Below are positions 17,695-29,751 of a stretch of 64,000 nucleotides of DNA, in pieces. A program made the position numbers and the translations under genes. The notes below the pieces were generated by a model that saw only the letters and a program-made list of their open reading frames with translations, was not told the origin of the DNA and searched no databases. Within the stretch, counting starts at the first letter, position 1; each line of letters opens with the position of its first letter. Where the stretch lies: the NCBI GenBank assembly GCA_951406725.2, contig OX597827.1, positions 19,158,001 to 19,222,000 on the forward strand, read 5' to 3'. The stretch comes from Octopus vulgaris (taxonomy: Eukaryota).

Positions 17695-18272
17695 CAAAAA
17701 TAAGGGTGAAAAAATTGGATATTGATTTAATAATACCATCCATTTAACACCAAGTTGCTTAGCGCATAAAAACCAGGGATACAATAAAGTTTATACACAA
17801 ATATAAGAGAGTGTCCACTATGTGGTCGACTCTTGCGCTAAAAATAGATCCGCTATGGTTTCAACCACGAAGAATTGTTTCCAATGAAAATTAGCACAAC
17901 TATGAGCGTAAACAAGCAGGGCAAATGAAAAATAACAAAAATGTAGATTAATTCTGGACAATTGTTTCGCTATTAATAAATTATGTAATTTTACTCACAC
18001 AATATATCCATAGTTCATCAGCAGAATTTGTATATATATATGTATGTATGTGTATTTGTGTCTGTGTTTGTCCCCCCAACATCGCTTGACAACCGATGCT
18101 GGTGTATTTACATCCCCGTAACTTAGCGGTTCGGCAAAAGAGACCGATCGAATAAGTACTAGGCTTGCAAAGAATAAGTCCTGGGGTCGATTTGCTCGAC
18201 TAAAGGTGGTGCTCCAGCATGGCCGCAGCCAAATGACTGAAACAAATTAAAAGAGTAAAAGAGTAAAAAAGT
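17479..18272 (+). mobile_element. SINE family A split by an insertion in its internal (TA)n
   Basis: 5' half 17479-17690, 3' half 18030-18272. Confidence 0.85.
17950..18028 (-). ncRNA. Minimal type I hammerhead ribozyme in a Penelope-like fragment
   Basis: Minus strand reads AATTCTG-CTGATGA-ACTAT..ATAGC-GAAA-CAATTG-TC-CAGAATT: stem I, both core boxes, palindromic stem III and a GUC cleavage site. Confidence 0.75.
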
Positions 18273-18526
18273 GTTATTTTTGTTGTTGTTTTCAATATTG
18301 TGATTGCGCATCATTTTTTCACCTCATTGTTGTACCTTGCCTCTAACTTATCGCTGTTGTTGTCGTTGTTGTTGTTGTCTTTTTCGCTTTTCCGGTTTTG
18401 TTGAGGGGTAGTGGTCTTCCTTTGGAGAGGGGTCAGTCGGGGATTTTTTTTTTTTGTATTTTTTGGAATTTAATGTTGTTGTTGTTGTTGTTACTGTTGT
18501 TGCCGCTGTTTTTCTCCTTTTGTTTC

Positions 18527-19017
18527 AAATGATGATGACGATTATGACGACGACGACAACGATGACGATGACAATGACGACGACACGACGACAACGATGA
18601 CGATGACAATGACGACGACGACGACGACGATGATCATGATCATGATCATGATGATCATGATCATGATCATGATGATCATGATGATGATCATGATGATCAT
18701 GATGATCATGATGACGATGATGATGATGATGATGATGGTGACAACGGCGATGATGATGATGGCGATGGTGATGATGAAGATGATGATGATGATTACAAAG
18801 ATGATAATGAGGATGATGGCAACGACGACGATGCTGCTGTTGATGATGATGATGATGAGGAGGAGGAGGAGGAGGAGGAGGGGGAAGAGGAGGAAGAGGA
18901 GGAAGAGGAGGAGGGCAGGGGAAGGGGAGAAGGAGGAGAACTCCGGCGACGACGACAACGCCGACCATGAATATGATGGTGGTGGCGGTAACAGCGTCGA
19001 CGGTGGCTGCGGCGGTG

Positions 19018-19056
<39 letters not shown>

Positions 19057-19062
19057 GTGATG
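18527..19062. repeat. Compound trinucleotide array (ATG/ACG/ATC/AGG/GGC)
   Basis: Direct observation. Confidence 0.95.
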
Positions 19063-19256
19063 ACCTTTACTGGCAAATATCTGAAGTTTAACTGTCGCCA
19101 TTTATTTTACAAAATTCTTTGAGCATCAAACCAAAAAAGCCTTGCAGGATTTATAACGTGCCCTTTGCATTTTGAGTTCAAATCCCACCAAGATCAACTT
19201 TGCTTTTCAGATATTTTCCGTGGCCTGTAAAATGTACTGGCAACAATCCAGTGTTA

Positions 19257-19660
19257 GGATGAAGACGCTCGACCTTTATTCTCTCGAAAAACGACGACGC
19301 CGTGGTGATCTCATTCTCGCTTACAACATCAAAACCGGAAAGTGTAACCTCTCGAAAGAGCTGTTCTTCACTCCTGCTCCAGAGCGTCGGCTGCGGGGTC
19401 ACTCCGAAAAGCTCTATCTGCGACGATTTCATCTCAATCGAAGGAGAGGGGCTTTCTCCGTCCGGGTTGCGGATCCGTGGAATAAGCTGCCGGACGAGAT
19501 AGTGAAGATGCCGACGACCGCTCGGTTCAAAGTCTCCCTTGACCAGAAATGGCCTGAACTCTTTGCATGAACACCCTCCCTATACATAACTCCATGTCCC
19601 CCTACATGGCCTTGCTTTTGCTGTTTGAGCCAAAAAGATTAACTTAACTTAACTAACTTA
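19257..19660 (+). mobile_element. CR1-clade LINE, 5'-truncated 3' end
   Basis: LYSLEKRRRRGDLI..RGHSEKL..FSVRVADPWNKLP..FKVSLD matches the CR1 ORF2 C-terminus; stop at 19570; (TTAAC)n tail. Confidence 0.88.
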
Positions 19661-20297
19661 TCTTATCAATTATAAATCAGGAACTGGAGGTCCTTAAGCC
19701 TACCGACGAGCCTTCCTCGAATTTCTTTTCTCATGGCATCATAACAAGCTAGTGTACAGGTCTTTACTCTTCCATTCCTTGGGCATCATCAGAGACAGAG
19801 GAAAAGGGTGCGTAGAGGGAGGTGCGAAGAGAATTGGTTCGTGGAAGCGGTGTGAGGAGAAGTGTGGAGGGAGAGGTGTGAGGAGGGAGTGTGTAGGGGA
19901 AGAGAACGTATGAAGGAGGGGCGAGGTGAGGGAGGGATCGTGTGCAGGATGGGGGCTTGCGCGGGAGGTGTGAGTGTGACGAAAGGACGTGTGCGAGATA
20001 GGGGTGCGTGTGAGGGAAGAAGTGCTTGTGGGGAAGAAGTGCGTGTGAAGGAATGGGGTATGAATGAGAGGTGTGAAGGTAGTACGTGTGGAGGAGTGCG
20101 CGTGTGGGAATGGTGCATGGGAAGGCTGCATGGGGAGAGTGCGTGGAGGTGGGCTTTGCTTATGAGGGAGGGATGTGTGTATGGGAAGAGAGAGGTACGT
20201 GTGTGTCTGTGTGTCTTTGTGTGTTTGTGTGTGCGCGCGTGTGTGTATGTAACTTTCAATTTTTGTTCCCTCCACAACTCTTGATAATCAGTGTGGC

Positions 20298-22250
20298 TGT
20301 TGTAGTGAAAATGGTACATTCCTTCCCACGAGACAAAGTGGTATGACACAGCCACTATAAAGTCACACAGTCAGTCGTTGTCGGAAGTCAGTAGTAGTAG
20401 AGTTGTTGTACGAGTTCTTAGTTGGACTCAGTGCCAGTTACATGATATATACGAGTTCGAGTTAACGTCAAGGTAGACGTTTTTGAAGTCGTTGTCTTGT
20501 GGAGCTATCAGCGATAGCACGATAGACGAGTCAAAGATAATAAGACGTGGAATACCACCATAACATAACAGTGGTGACAAGAATATTACAATGCCGACGA
20601 CAACATACAGATGGACGAGGATCCATATTATAAGAGCGGCGACGATGATATAAACAATGGATGCGGACAACGTTGAAAGGAAAAAAATTCACGAGAAAAT
20701 AAACAATTCGCACGGACAACGTTGAAAAATTTTTTACGCGGAGAAACTCGACAAACATTTTCCCATAAAATTAGGGGAAATTTGTAAGAGGATTTTTGCT
20801 GAGTTGCACAACAACAACTCAAAGAGCAACAAGAACAACAACAATCGTTACAGCAACAAATGCTGCAACTAATGAAAGCTGGTAACAAAACCGGAAAATA
20901 CGTTTTCGCCCGACCATCTAGCAAATTCAGTAAATGAATTTAAATTTGACCCGGAAGAAGGAATCACTTTCGAGGCATATTACCAAAGATTTGAACAAAT
21001 TTGTTGAAAAAGAATGTCAAGACTGGATAGATGAAATGAAAACACGTCTAATTCTGAGGAAACTGGCGATAATAGAGCATGAGAAATACTGTAACTTTAT
21101 ATTGCCTAAAAAAGTTTCTGACATAAATTTCTGATACAATTAACATTTTAAGTAGGATGTTTGATGAAAAAACATCGTTGTTCAACGTTACGGGAACGTG
21201 AACAAAGCAACTGTGATAATGTGGATCCTTGTCCATTTGTATGTTGTCGTCGGTACTGCAATATTCTTGTCACCACTATTATGTTGTGGCAGTATTCCGC
21301 GTCTTATCTGGAAGTGTTTGATTTTTTTCTCAGGGACTTACTACTGAAAAGGACGCAGAAGTCAGAATGAAAATTCTCACAAAGCTGGAAATGAACCAGG
21401 ATATAACTCTCCAGAAACTGTCAGAAGAGTGCGATAGAATATTAAAAGTAAGACACGACACAGAAGAAATTCAACGCTGAGATTTTTTTTACAGATAAAA
21501 CCAGTTCGGAAAGGTTGGAAGACGGATAAAGTGTTTCACTAAGAAACACACTATATATATAAATCCATGTATGGCATGGGGTGGAAAGCACCCGAGAAAA
21601 GAGTGTCCGTTTAAAAATGCGAAGTGTTTTCGTTGTGGGAATTATTTGCTTCCCAAAGAAAAACAAAACTAAAAGGGGAGATGTTGTAGTGAAAATGGTA
21701 CATCATCATTCATCATTGTTCGACCATGGTCGATACAATGGAATTTACCATGCTACGCCAGACTTCACGGTCCATCATAGCATTACTGAGGTCCTGTTGC
21801 TGGATGCCTGTATCCGTGGAGATTACATCAGGGTAGGAGAGTGTGCGCCTTCTGGTATTGCGAGTAGATGGCTTCCAGAGGAGAAGAGTAGAAATTGCCT
21901 CGTTTTCAGCAGCTCTACAACAATGTCCAGCAAACTGGACTCACTTACCTTCCAACGTGACAAAGTGGTATGACTCAGCCACTATAAAGTCACATATTCA
22001 GTCGTTGTAGGAGGTCATTTGTAGAGTCCGTGTGCGAGTTCTCAGTGGGAGTCGGTTACGTGATATATACGAGTTCGAGTCACCATCAAGCGTCGGCTAT
22101 CTGCGATAGTACGACAGACGAGTCAAAGATAAGACGCGGAATACTGCCACAACATAAGAGTGGTGACAGGAATATTGCAGTGCCGATGACAACATACAAA
22201 CGAACAAGGATCCACATTATCGCTGTTGCTTTGTTCACGTTCCCGTAACG
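20298..22250 (+). mobile_element. Gypsy (Mag-like) LTR element retaining only gag remnants
   Basis: LTRs start TGTTGTAGTGAAAATGG at 20298 and 21682; PBS-like GGCGACGA near 20639; gag motifs EFKFDPEEGITFEAYY, RLILRKL..YCNFILPKK, ITLQKLSEEC and zinc knuckle remnants; PPT AAAAGGGGAGA before the 3' LTR; no pol. Confidence 0.8.
21701..21945 (-). mobile_element. RTE-clade LINE 3' fragment inserted in the 3' LTR
   Basis: Minus strand translates LLLWKPSTRNTRRRTLSYPDVISTDTG..AMMDREVWR, followed by a TGA-repeat tail. Confidence 0.7.
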
Positions 22251-22496
22251 AGCGGTTTAAGAAAGGAGCCGAAAGAGTAAGTATCAGGCCTTTAAAATAA
22301 CTACTGAGGTGGATTTGCTCAACCGAAACCTTTTAAGGTGGTGTTCCAGTATGGCTGCAGTCCAGTGACTGAAATAAGGGAAAGAATAAAAGAAAGACAA
22401 GAATGAGAGTCTTTTCCGATCGTAAGGAGAGAAGTTTGTAGAATATGAATTGATCTACACGATAAGAATGGATCGAATAGAAGGAAAGGCTGGACG

Positions 22497-22497
22497 A

Positions 22498-22553
<56 letters not shown>

Positions 22554-22730
22554 AGGAAGGAAAGAAAGAAAGAAGAAAAAAAGAAAGAAAGAAGGAAAGA
22601 AAGAAGAAAAAAGAAAGAAAGAAAGAAAGAAGGAAGAAGGAAAGAAAGAAAGAGAGAAAAGAAAGAAAAAGAAAGAAAGAAGGAAGGAAAGAAAAAGGAA
22701 AGAAAGAAAGAAAGAAGGAAAGAAAAAGGA

Positions 22731-22762
<32 letters not shown>

Positions 22763-22804
22763 AAAGAAAGAAAAAGAAAGAAAGAAGGAACGAAAGAAAA
22801 AGGA

Positions 22805-22860
<56 letters not shown>

Positions 22861-22862
22861 AG
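22497..22862. repeat. (GAAA)n homopurine tract
   Basis: Direct observation. Confidence 0.95.
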
Positions 22863-23016
22863 GGATGGATTAACCATATCCACTCCCTTCGTCCACATCT
22901 CTTTCCCTGATTCTCCACCCCGACCCCGCCGCAATCTCAATAAGTCTATACGCTTTATTACAGTACATATTTAGTCCCGGATGATGCCTATCCGAACTTG
23001 GTATTGGTTCCATGTT

Positions 23017-23071
<55 letters not shown>

Positions 23072-23170
23072 AAGTAGTAGTAGTAGCAGTAGTAGTGAGA
23101 GTGATATCTTCCAAACTGTATATCGACAAAAATAAGATATGATGTGCCTAACACACACGCGTGCACACAA

Positions 23171-23206
<36 letters not shown>

Positions 23207-24651
23207 GCAAACACAAACACACACAGGCATACATACACCCTCCACCCATCCACCACCTCTACACACGCATATATATATATGTGTGTGTGTGTGTATCTAC
23301 ATATATGTATATATATGTATATATATATATATGTATATATATGTATATACGTGCATATATGCATATATACATACGTAGAAATACGTACCTACATACATAT
23401 ACATACGTACATGCATACATAAATACATATATACATACATGCCTACATGCATACATACACACATACATACACACATACATACATGCATACATACATACAT
23501 ACACACACATACATGCATACACATACATACATACACACATACATGCATACATATACATATACATACATACATACATACATACATGCATAAATACATACAT
23601 ACACAAACATACATACATACACATACATACATACATACATACATACACACATACATGCATAAATACATACATACATGCATAAATACATACATACATACAT
23701 ACATACATACATACATACATACATACATACATACATACATACATACATGGAAATATATACAAACAAATATACATGCTTGCAGGCTTACACGTAAGTGTAT
23801 GTATGTTAATAGTAAAAGCAGTCGAAAGGAAAAGTACTCAATGTCACCGAGTAGAGCATTAATTTAATTTGGTTGGCTGAAATCAGGAATGGCGACCGAC
23901 TACTAATAGTTTCCTTGAGTGGTAACCACGCAGTTCGTTAGGTCGCCATCCTGAAATAAACTTCAAAACTATCAATGTAAACGAAAAACAGTGCAAGTCT
24001 GGCTTTGATCTCTCATTATCGCAGACATTAAAGAGAGAGGCTCTATATTTAAAACAAGAACAATCAAGAGAATGTATTCTCGGGAGATCAAGCTTGGAAA
24101 TGAGGTAACCTGCATTCTCAATACGGGAACAGAAATTTGACACAAAAATCCGACACACGAAATACTTAATATAAGATTGATTGCTGAATGAAAACAAGGA
24201 GGGAATTTACAAAGGGGAAGGTTATCACATTGATATTGTTACATGTTCTATTCTCGGTGCATAGATTAACTTGCAGCTCGTAAATTTAGGGCATATACAA
24301 GGCAGATTCAAAATGGTGTGCAATGGCATAGATTGATGGTACAAAACAGATTCGAGATGATGTGAAATTACATAGAATTTATGTGTGTATGCTACAAAAC
24401 TACTATTCATCGGTATATTGATCTGGTTACAAACATTCTACTACATTTGTAGATTGCTCATGCCTTGATCATAATATAAGGGACAGCTTCCATCATTTAG
24501 CCAGAGGTACACGTATGTTAGCTTTAGCTGCTTTATTGTGCTTAAACATCTGTGACTATATGTTACCCAGACAGCTATAACTTACTTTCACTGGATTATT
24601 ATTAAACATTTTGTTACATGCATAGGATACGAGTAAGTAGGTATCAATACA

Positions 24652-24867
24652 TGTTTCTTTATTACCCACAAGGGGCTAAACATAGAGGGGACAAACAAGG
24701 ACAGACAAACGAACTAAGACGATTACATCGACCCCAGTGCGTAACTGGCACTTAATTTATCGACCCCGAAAGGGATGAAAGGCAAAGTCGACCTCGGCGG
24801 AATTTGAACTCAGAACGTAACGACTACGCATTTCGCCCGGCGTGCTAACGGTTCTGCCAGCTCGCCA
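24652..24867 (-). mobile_element. SINE family B with tail1
   Basis: Core and Tx1-like tail recognisable. Confidence 0.85.
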
Positions 24868-25452
24868 ATGTTCAGAAGCTCCCAGCTACGCTCTTACTAT
24901 ATGAGGAATCGAACCATATAATTTTCTTATTCCAACCATTCGTGAGTTTAATTGGAAAGAGGTTCATACAATCTGTAATCAAATGACATAGTCTTATCGA
25001 ATATGTTCTTACCCAATAATAATTTTCAGATACACCTAGTGATATCAGCAACTGTGTGTTTGATGATCCCTGATTGGTAATTGGTACCTTTATTTACATA
25101 GATTGAATATGAAAGAAAAACAATGTGAGTGAGGAGTGAAATTTTAGAATATAGTTATGTACTGAATGAGTTTTAAAAAATTAAAGCTTTAAAATGTACA
25201 GCAGTTTATTGAAAAGCAAAACAAGTTAAGTAAAACAGATTCTGAAACAAATATTTCACGTATACCTGATAGATATATAAGTTTTACATCGATAAACTCA
25301 TATTCTTTAAAAACATTTACATAGCTTTCGCTTAACGTGTACAAGTAGTACAACATAGGTGAAGAAGTGGATATAAAACAAATGAATCGTTTTAAAATAT
25401 TCATATTGTTTTTAAATTTTCGATTCCGTAATGTAATATTTAAATTAACCCA

Positions 25453-26207
25453 GGCGGCGAGCTGCCAGAAACGTTAGCACGCCGGGCGAAATGTTTAGCG
25501 GTGTTACGTGTCGTTACGTTCTGAGTTCAAATTCCGCCGAGGTCGACTTTGCCTTTCATCCGTTCGGGGTCGATAAATTAAGTACCAGTTATGCACTGGT
25601 ATCGATGTAATCGACTTAATCCGTTTGCCTGTCCTTGTTTGTCCCCTCTATGTTTAGCCCCTTGTGGGTAGTAAAGAAATAGGTATTTCGTCTGCCGTTA
25701 CGTTCTGAGTTCAAATTCCGCCGAGGTCGACTTTGCCTTTCATCCTTTTGGGGTCGATAAATTAAGTACCAGTTACGCACTGGGGTCGATGTAATCGACT
25801 TAATCCGTTTGTCTGTCCTTGTTTGTCCACTCTGATTTTAGCCCCTTGTGGATAGTAAAGAAATATGTATTTCGCCTGCCGCTACGTTCTGAGTTCAAAT
25901 TCCGCTGAGGTCGACTTTGCCTTTCATCCTTTCGGGGTCGATTAAATAAGTACCAGTTACGCACTGAGGTCGATATAATCGACTTAATCCGTTCGTCTGT
26001 CCTCTCTGTGTTTATCCCCTTGTGGGTAGTAAAGAAATAAGTATTTTGTCTGCTGCTACGTTCTGAGTCCAAATGCCGCCGAGGTCGACTTTGCCTTTCA
26101 TCTTTTCGAGGTCGATAAATTAAGTACCAGTGAAACACTGGCGTCGATATAATCGACTATCCTCCTCCCCCAAATTTCAGGCCTTGTGCCTATAGTAGAA
26201 AGGATTA
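25453..26207 (+). mobile_element. Tandem SINE family B array: head-[core-tail1]x3-core-tail2
   Basis: Unit of about 179 bp repeated, junction AAAGAAATA|(G)GTATTT; last unit ends CAGGCCTTGTGCCTATAGTAGAAAGGATTA. Confidence 0.88.
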
Positions 26208-26470
26208 CATATAAATTTTATGGGCGGCGAGCTGGCAGAAACGTTAGCACGTTTTAAATCTTTAAATCTTTCACGAAGAGGACTAGGAAAAAGCATTGAA
26301 TAAAAAGAAACCAAAAAACCAGAGGGTAGCAAAATTAAGTTCATCGACATGAGAAAAAATCGGTCCCCTAGTCATAGTAGCGAAGACAATTACTTTTAGT
26401 TTTGGCCTATATATGCAGATGGCAAATAATTTCCGCAGCAAAAAAAAAAAAAAGAAAAATTTTCGGGTTT

Positions 26471-26863
26471 CTGTATGGTAAGAACCATCAAGGCGGCGAG
26501 CTGGCAGAAACGGTAGCACACTGGACGAAATGCTTAGCGGTAATTCGTCTGCCGTTACGTTCTGAGTTCAAATTCCGCCGAGGTCGACTTTGCCTTTCAT
26601 CCTTTCGGGGTCGATTAAATAAGTATCAGTTACGCACTGGGGTCGATGTAATCGACTTAATCCCTTTGTGTGTCATTGTTTGTTCCCTCTATGTTTAGTC
26701 CCTTGTGGGCAATAAAGAAATAAGAAGCTTGCTTCCCAACCACATAGTTCTCAGTTCAGTCCCACTGTGTGCTGTCTTGGGCAAGTGTCTTCTACTGTAG
26801 CTTCGGGCCGACCAAAGATTGTGAGTGGATCTGGTAGACGGAAAAATCGAAGACTTTTGTGTG

Positions 26864-26912
<49 letters not shown>

Positions 26913-27149
26913 CTGTGTGTGTCTGTGTGAGTCTATGTTTGTCCTCACCACCGACTGACATGCTTGCGTTGGCATGTTTACGTTTCCGTAACTTAGCGGT
27001 TCGTCAAATGTCATGGATAGAATAAGTACCAGATTTAAAAAATAAATAAGAACTAGGGTCTATTCATTCGACTAAAACATCTTCAAGGCAGTGCCGCAGC
27101 ATGGCCGCAGTCCATTGACAGAAAGAAGTAAAAGATAAAAGATAAAAGA
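26471..27149 (+). mobile_element. SINE family A whose tRNA head is interrupted by a SINE family B (26492-26720)
   Basis: CTGTATGGTAAGAA lies upstream of the insert and TAAGAAGCTTGCTTCCCAACC downstream (TAAGAA duplicated). Confidence 0.75.
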
Positions 27150-27444
27150 TATGCGTGTGTCTGCATATGAATGTGAACGAATCGGTATGCGTTAAGCGAC
27201 TGCTCAGAACTCCAGCTGGGCCAGATCTGTACTAGCTGCCATGGCAGGACATGTGACGCTTCACATCTGACTCATGAGAAAACACCAAGATATCTAATAA
27301 AACCAGCTTCTTAAACAAGAACCTCCACACCTTGCATGCTTCATGTTATTCCTGTATCTATCAACTGACAACCGTTTAAGAGTAAATATTTGTGGCATTA
27401 GTCTAAGTGGTCTCGACACCCTTGCTGTGGCTATGGATACAAAA

Positions 27445-27675
27445 GGCGGCGGGCTGGCAGAAACGTTAGCGCGCCGGGCGAAATGCGTAGCCGTATTTCG
27501 TCTGCCGTTACGTTCTGAGTTCAAATTCTGCCGAGGTCGACTTTGCCTTTCATCCTCTCGGGGTCGATTAAATAAGTACCAATTACGCACTGGGGTCGAT
27601 GTAATCGACTTAATCCCTTTGTGTGTCATTGTTTGTTCCCTCTATGTTTAGCCCCTTGTGGATAGTAATGAAATA
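27445..27675 (+). mobile_element. SINE family B with tail1
   Basis: TSD TATGGATACAAA at 27432-27443 and 27676-27687. Confidence 0.9.
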
Positions 27676-28022
27676 TATGGATACAAACCCTTCCTATAAA
27701 CTAGTGGTTCCAAAACTTATTTGGGCTGCTGCCCCCTTGCACCCAGACCACATGAGGGACGCCCCACCATAACCCCACTCACCACCACAAATGTAGACCA
27801 TTTTCTGCAGCAAATTCAAGACAATAGTATTTCTCAACCTAATTTAACCTAATTTAACCATTATTTTGTCTGCATTTCCATCCATCGTTCCTTTTTGGCT
27901 TCCCCATTATTGCTCCCACTTTTCTTCAACTGAATATTTCAACTGCCCCCAGGGGGAGTAGTACCGACCACTGTGGGAATCACTGTTATAAACCAACCCA
28001 GCAACGTGTGGAATGACTGCGA

Positions 28023-28079
<57 letters not shown>

Positions 28080-28080
28080 G

Positions 28081-28320
28081 GTCAGGTCACTTTCGAGTGC
28101 TACTGGTAACATGTAACCCAGTATAACCTGTTGCATGGTCGGGTCGTCGGCGACTAAACCGGCAACTCCACCAAGCTTGCTTGGTGAGGAGGGTGTTTAT
28201 TGGACACCCTGCAGGATGAAAAACAAAACCCGTCAAAGAGCGGAGGAACTCTTGAGAGTCAACGGCCATCCAATAAATGTCTTAAGGATGTATCATGCGC
28301 GGGGATATAGAAATAATCGA
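28081..28320 (+). mobile_element. RTE-like 5' UTR fragment with candidate HDV-like ribozyme
   Basis: Homologous to 45215-45428 on the minus strand; flanked by (TG)n and (TATG)n. Confidence 0.6.
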
Positions 28321-28322
28321 TG

Positions 28323-28353
<31 letters not shown>

Positions 28354-28371
28354 TGTATGTATGTATGTATG

Positions 28372-28402
<31 letters not shown>

Positions 28403-28468
28403 TGTATGTATGTATGTATGTATGTATGTATGTATGTATGTATGTATGTATGTATGTATGTATGTATA

Positions 28469-29253
28469 CAGTGTGCAGTGAATATATTGTCTAAATTATG
28501 CAAAAAGGAAAACAACACTGACATCTCATTTTAACAGATATATTTACCAAAATTACATGAAAATATCTTGAAATACTAAAGAGTAAACTTATTCCATAAA
28601 ATTGCCATTGGCTTCAACCACGGCCTCCAGACGACTTCGGAATCTTCTGCTACTCTTCTGGACAGTTTCCTTGTTTAAGTTGGTGAATGCTGCCATAATC
28701 CTTGCCTTCGGTTCATTTTTGGTGTTACAAGTTTTGTTGGTCTCCCGCTCAACTGCGCCCCACACATAATAATCAAGGGGGTTGCAGTCTGGGTGGTTAG
28801 GTGGCCAGATGTTAGGGGTGATGTAGTCTCAGAAATTGTCTGACAGCCATGACTGGGTTCTCCTGCTTGTGTGACATGGTGCAGAGTAATGTTGCCAGAC
28901 ATAGGGTCTCCCAGCAGCCACCCTCTTGACCCAAGCTAGCACTACCTCCTCCAGGCACTTGATGTAGACCTCCATAGCGTCTCTATCACTAGTGATCACT
29001 CCAAACACCATGATGTTGATTGGATGTTTGATTTTTATCACTCTTTGCACTGTCCTCAGATTGACAGGTGCCAAGCAGTATAGCATGTCGTTTCCAAGTT
29101 TCTGGTAGAGAGAATTTCGTCATGGTGCTGTTTTTCTCACAGACGGTGCCCAACTGACCCTACTATATAGTGTAGTTGCCAAAATCAAAAACAACAATGC
29201 ACATGCGCAAAATTAAAATTATAAAATGGGGACAACTTACCCATCGCACCCTG
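28469..29253 (-). mobile_element. Internally deleted mariner/maT (DD37D-type) transposon
   Basis: IMVFGVITSD, YVWQHYSAPCHTS, IWPPNHPDCNPLDYYVWG and RLEAVVEANG motifs; degenerate TA-CAG termini. Confidence 0.8.
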
Positions 29254-29257
29254 TATG

Positions 29258-29311
<54 letters not shown>

Positions 29312-29341
29312 TGTATGTATGTATGTATGTTTGTGTGTGTG

Positions 29342-29377
<36 letters not shown>

Positions 29378-29411
29378 TGTATGTATGTACGTATGTATGT
29401 GTGTATGTATG

Positions 29412-29472
<61 letters not shown>

Positions 29473-29477
<5 letters not shown>

Positions 29478-29751
29478 AAAATTCTATAATTATGAGTATA
29501 AGTATAATTAGGGTTCAGCAAAATTTGCCTCACCACATACCGAAATTTAGAAATAGCAGTTAATCAGAGCCGGGTGGATTCCTTATATTTTTCTCTTTAC
29601 CTGCGTGAGTTGTTGAGTATTGCTGTCTGGGAGATATCTTATGGTAGTAGAATAGTATTTTAACTGCTATTTCTAAATTTCGGTATGTGGTAAGGCAAAT
29701 TTTGCTGAACCCTAATTATAATTATGCTCATAATTATAGAATTTTTGTATA
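29473..29751. repeat. Inverted repeat with arms of about 90 bp (Penelope-like foldback)
   Basis: 29473-29562 is the near-perfect reverse complement of 29661-29751; adjacent to (TA)n. Confidence 0.85.

Noticed and set aside
18525-19101. Poly-His/Pro/Ala/Gly ORFs resembling low-complexity regions of transcription factors
   Set aside because: Open in several frames on both strands, with no adjoining folded domain; explained by a trinucleotide array
24230-24640. Protein-like but stop-interrupted reading frames
   Set aside because: No recognisable motif; cannot be assigned without a translated homology search
25453-26207. CRISPR-like repeat array
   Set aside because: Units are whole repeats of about 179 bp without unique spacers; eukaryotic context and no cas genes
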